From NCBI RefSeq assembly GCF_036588685.1, contig NC_086385.1, positions 4,402,001 to 4,466,000 on the forward strand: a stretch of DNA of 64,000 nucleotides. Direction: 5' to 3'. This stretch comes from Mytilus trossulus (lineage: Eukaryota). The notes beneath the pieces are model-generated. The model was not told where the DNA came from. It did no database searches and saw nothing but the letters and a program-made list of their open reading frames with translations. A program made the position numbers and the translations under genes. Numbering within the stretch: position 1 is the stretch's first letter; every line of letters starts with the position of its first letter. Positions 63,262-64,000 of this stretch are shown here, piece by piece.

Positions 63262-63710
63262 AACTATGTCCAATTAGTCCAATAGTATAGTGTGATTAAT
63301 GGGTTGTTTCTGTATTGGCCCTGTTTTATATTCGAAGTTTGCTGTATTGGAGCCGTGACTCAAAGAGTCGATGGCCAATCCAGCTGATCGTGAATCTATA
63401 ACAGGGCAATACAGAAACAGCCATTTCATAACATTTTTATTAAATAATTTTTAGAAAATTAAAACGGTTGTTTCTATATTGGCCCTGTTCTTTTCGTTTC
63501 AAAACTTTAAGACGTTACAAAACATTGCACATCATTTAACCTGTCTATTTCATTATTTTTATTTAAATTTAAATTGAAACCAGAAGAGAACGTCCCGTAT
63601 TTGCCCATTGGTCAATACGGCTTTTGTTTCGTATTGGCCCTGTTTGAAAAGCAATATTAACTCTTGATTGATATCGACAGTGGAACGTTTTCAGTATTTC
63701 ACATGCTTAT
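63262..63710. repeat. Probable transposon relic with repeated TATTGGCCCTGTT motif
   Basis: The motif occurs at 63314, 63477 and 63633, and inverted (acagggcaatacagaaac) at 63401. Confidence 0.4.
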
Positions 63711-64000
63711 TTATCTATATTAGGGCTGATTTGCTTATATCGTTTAATAATCTGTCTAAGGCTTATAGAAACTACTAACATGACTTTCGGGTTTTATGGA
63801 AATGATAAACGGCATTCCTCATAAATTTCAAAATAGATTTAAAAGATCACTTTCTAGTTCGTTAAGGTTCCTTCCACGATTTGGTTTTAGTCAACATGAT
63901 TCGTGTGCATCGTCTCTTTCCATGGTGAATCGGAACTACTCAGCCTTTCTGATTTCACGAAGAAATTTAACTTTTGAGTTACAGGACTTTGTAACTAAAA

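Overview
AT-rich, intron-rich animal genomic DNA. The repeat families and gene types suggest a bivalve, probably a Mytilus mussel (inference). There are no prokaryotic features and no CRISPR array. Manual splicing gives four genes. (1) A + strand F-type lectin plus PAN/apple gene (exons 5452-5697, 21135-21377, 22890-23095). It carries an in-frame TGA, and its 15.4-kb intron holds a 12.3-kb 31-bp satellite. (2) A complete + strand secreted 116-aa Cys-rich gene with three CvSI-like modules and a GC-AG intron (29737-32695). (3) A - strand ROCO gene of at least about 1150 aa with the architecture Roc-COR-degenerate DZIP3-type HEPN-CARD-CARD (37558-49567). (4) The 3' exons of a Rho-like GTPase without a CAAX box (60860 down to 56146), which may or may not splice into the ROCO gene. 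The strongest structural pattern is that three independent splice sites (one acceptor, two donors) have each been amplified into minisatellites of exon end plus splice signal (about 15, 12 and 50 copies). The rest is Penelope-like RT fragments, hammerhead-ribozyme repeats, pearl/Helentron-like elements, MITEs, L2 and Tx1/L1 relics, and minisatellites.
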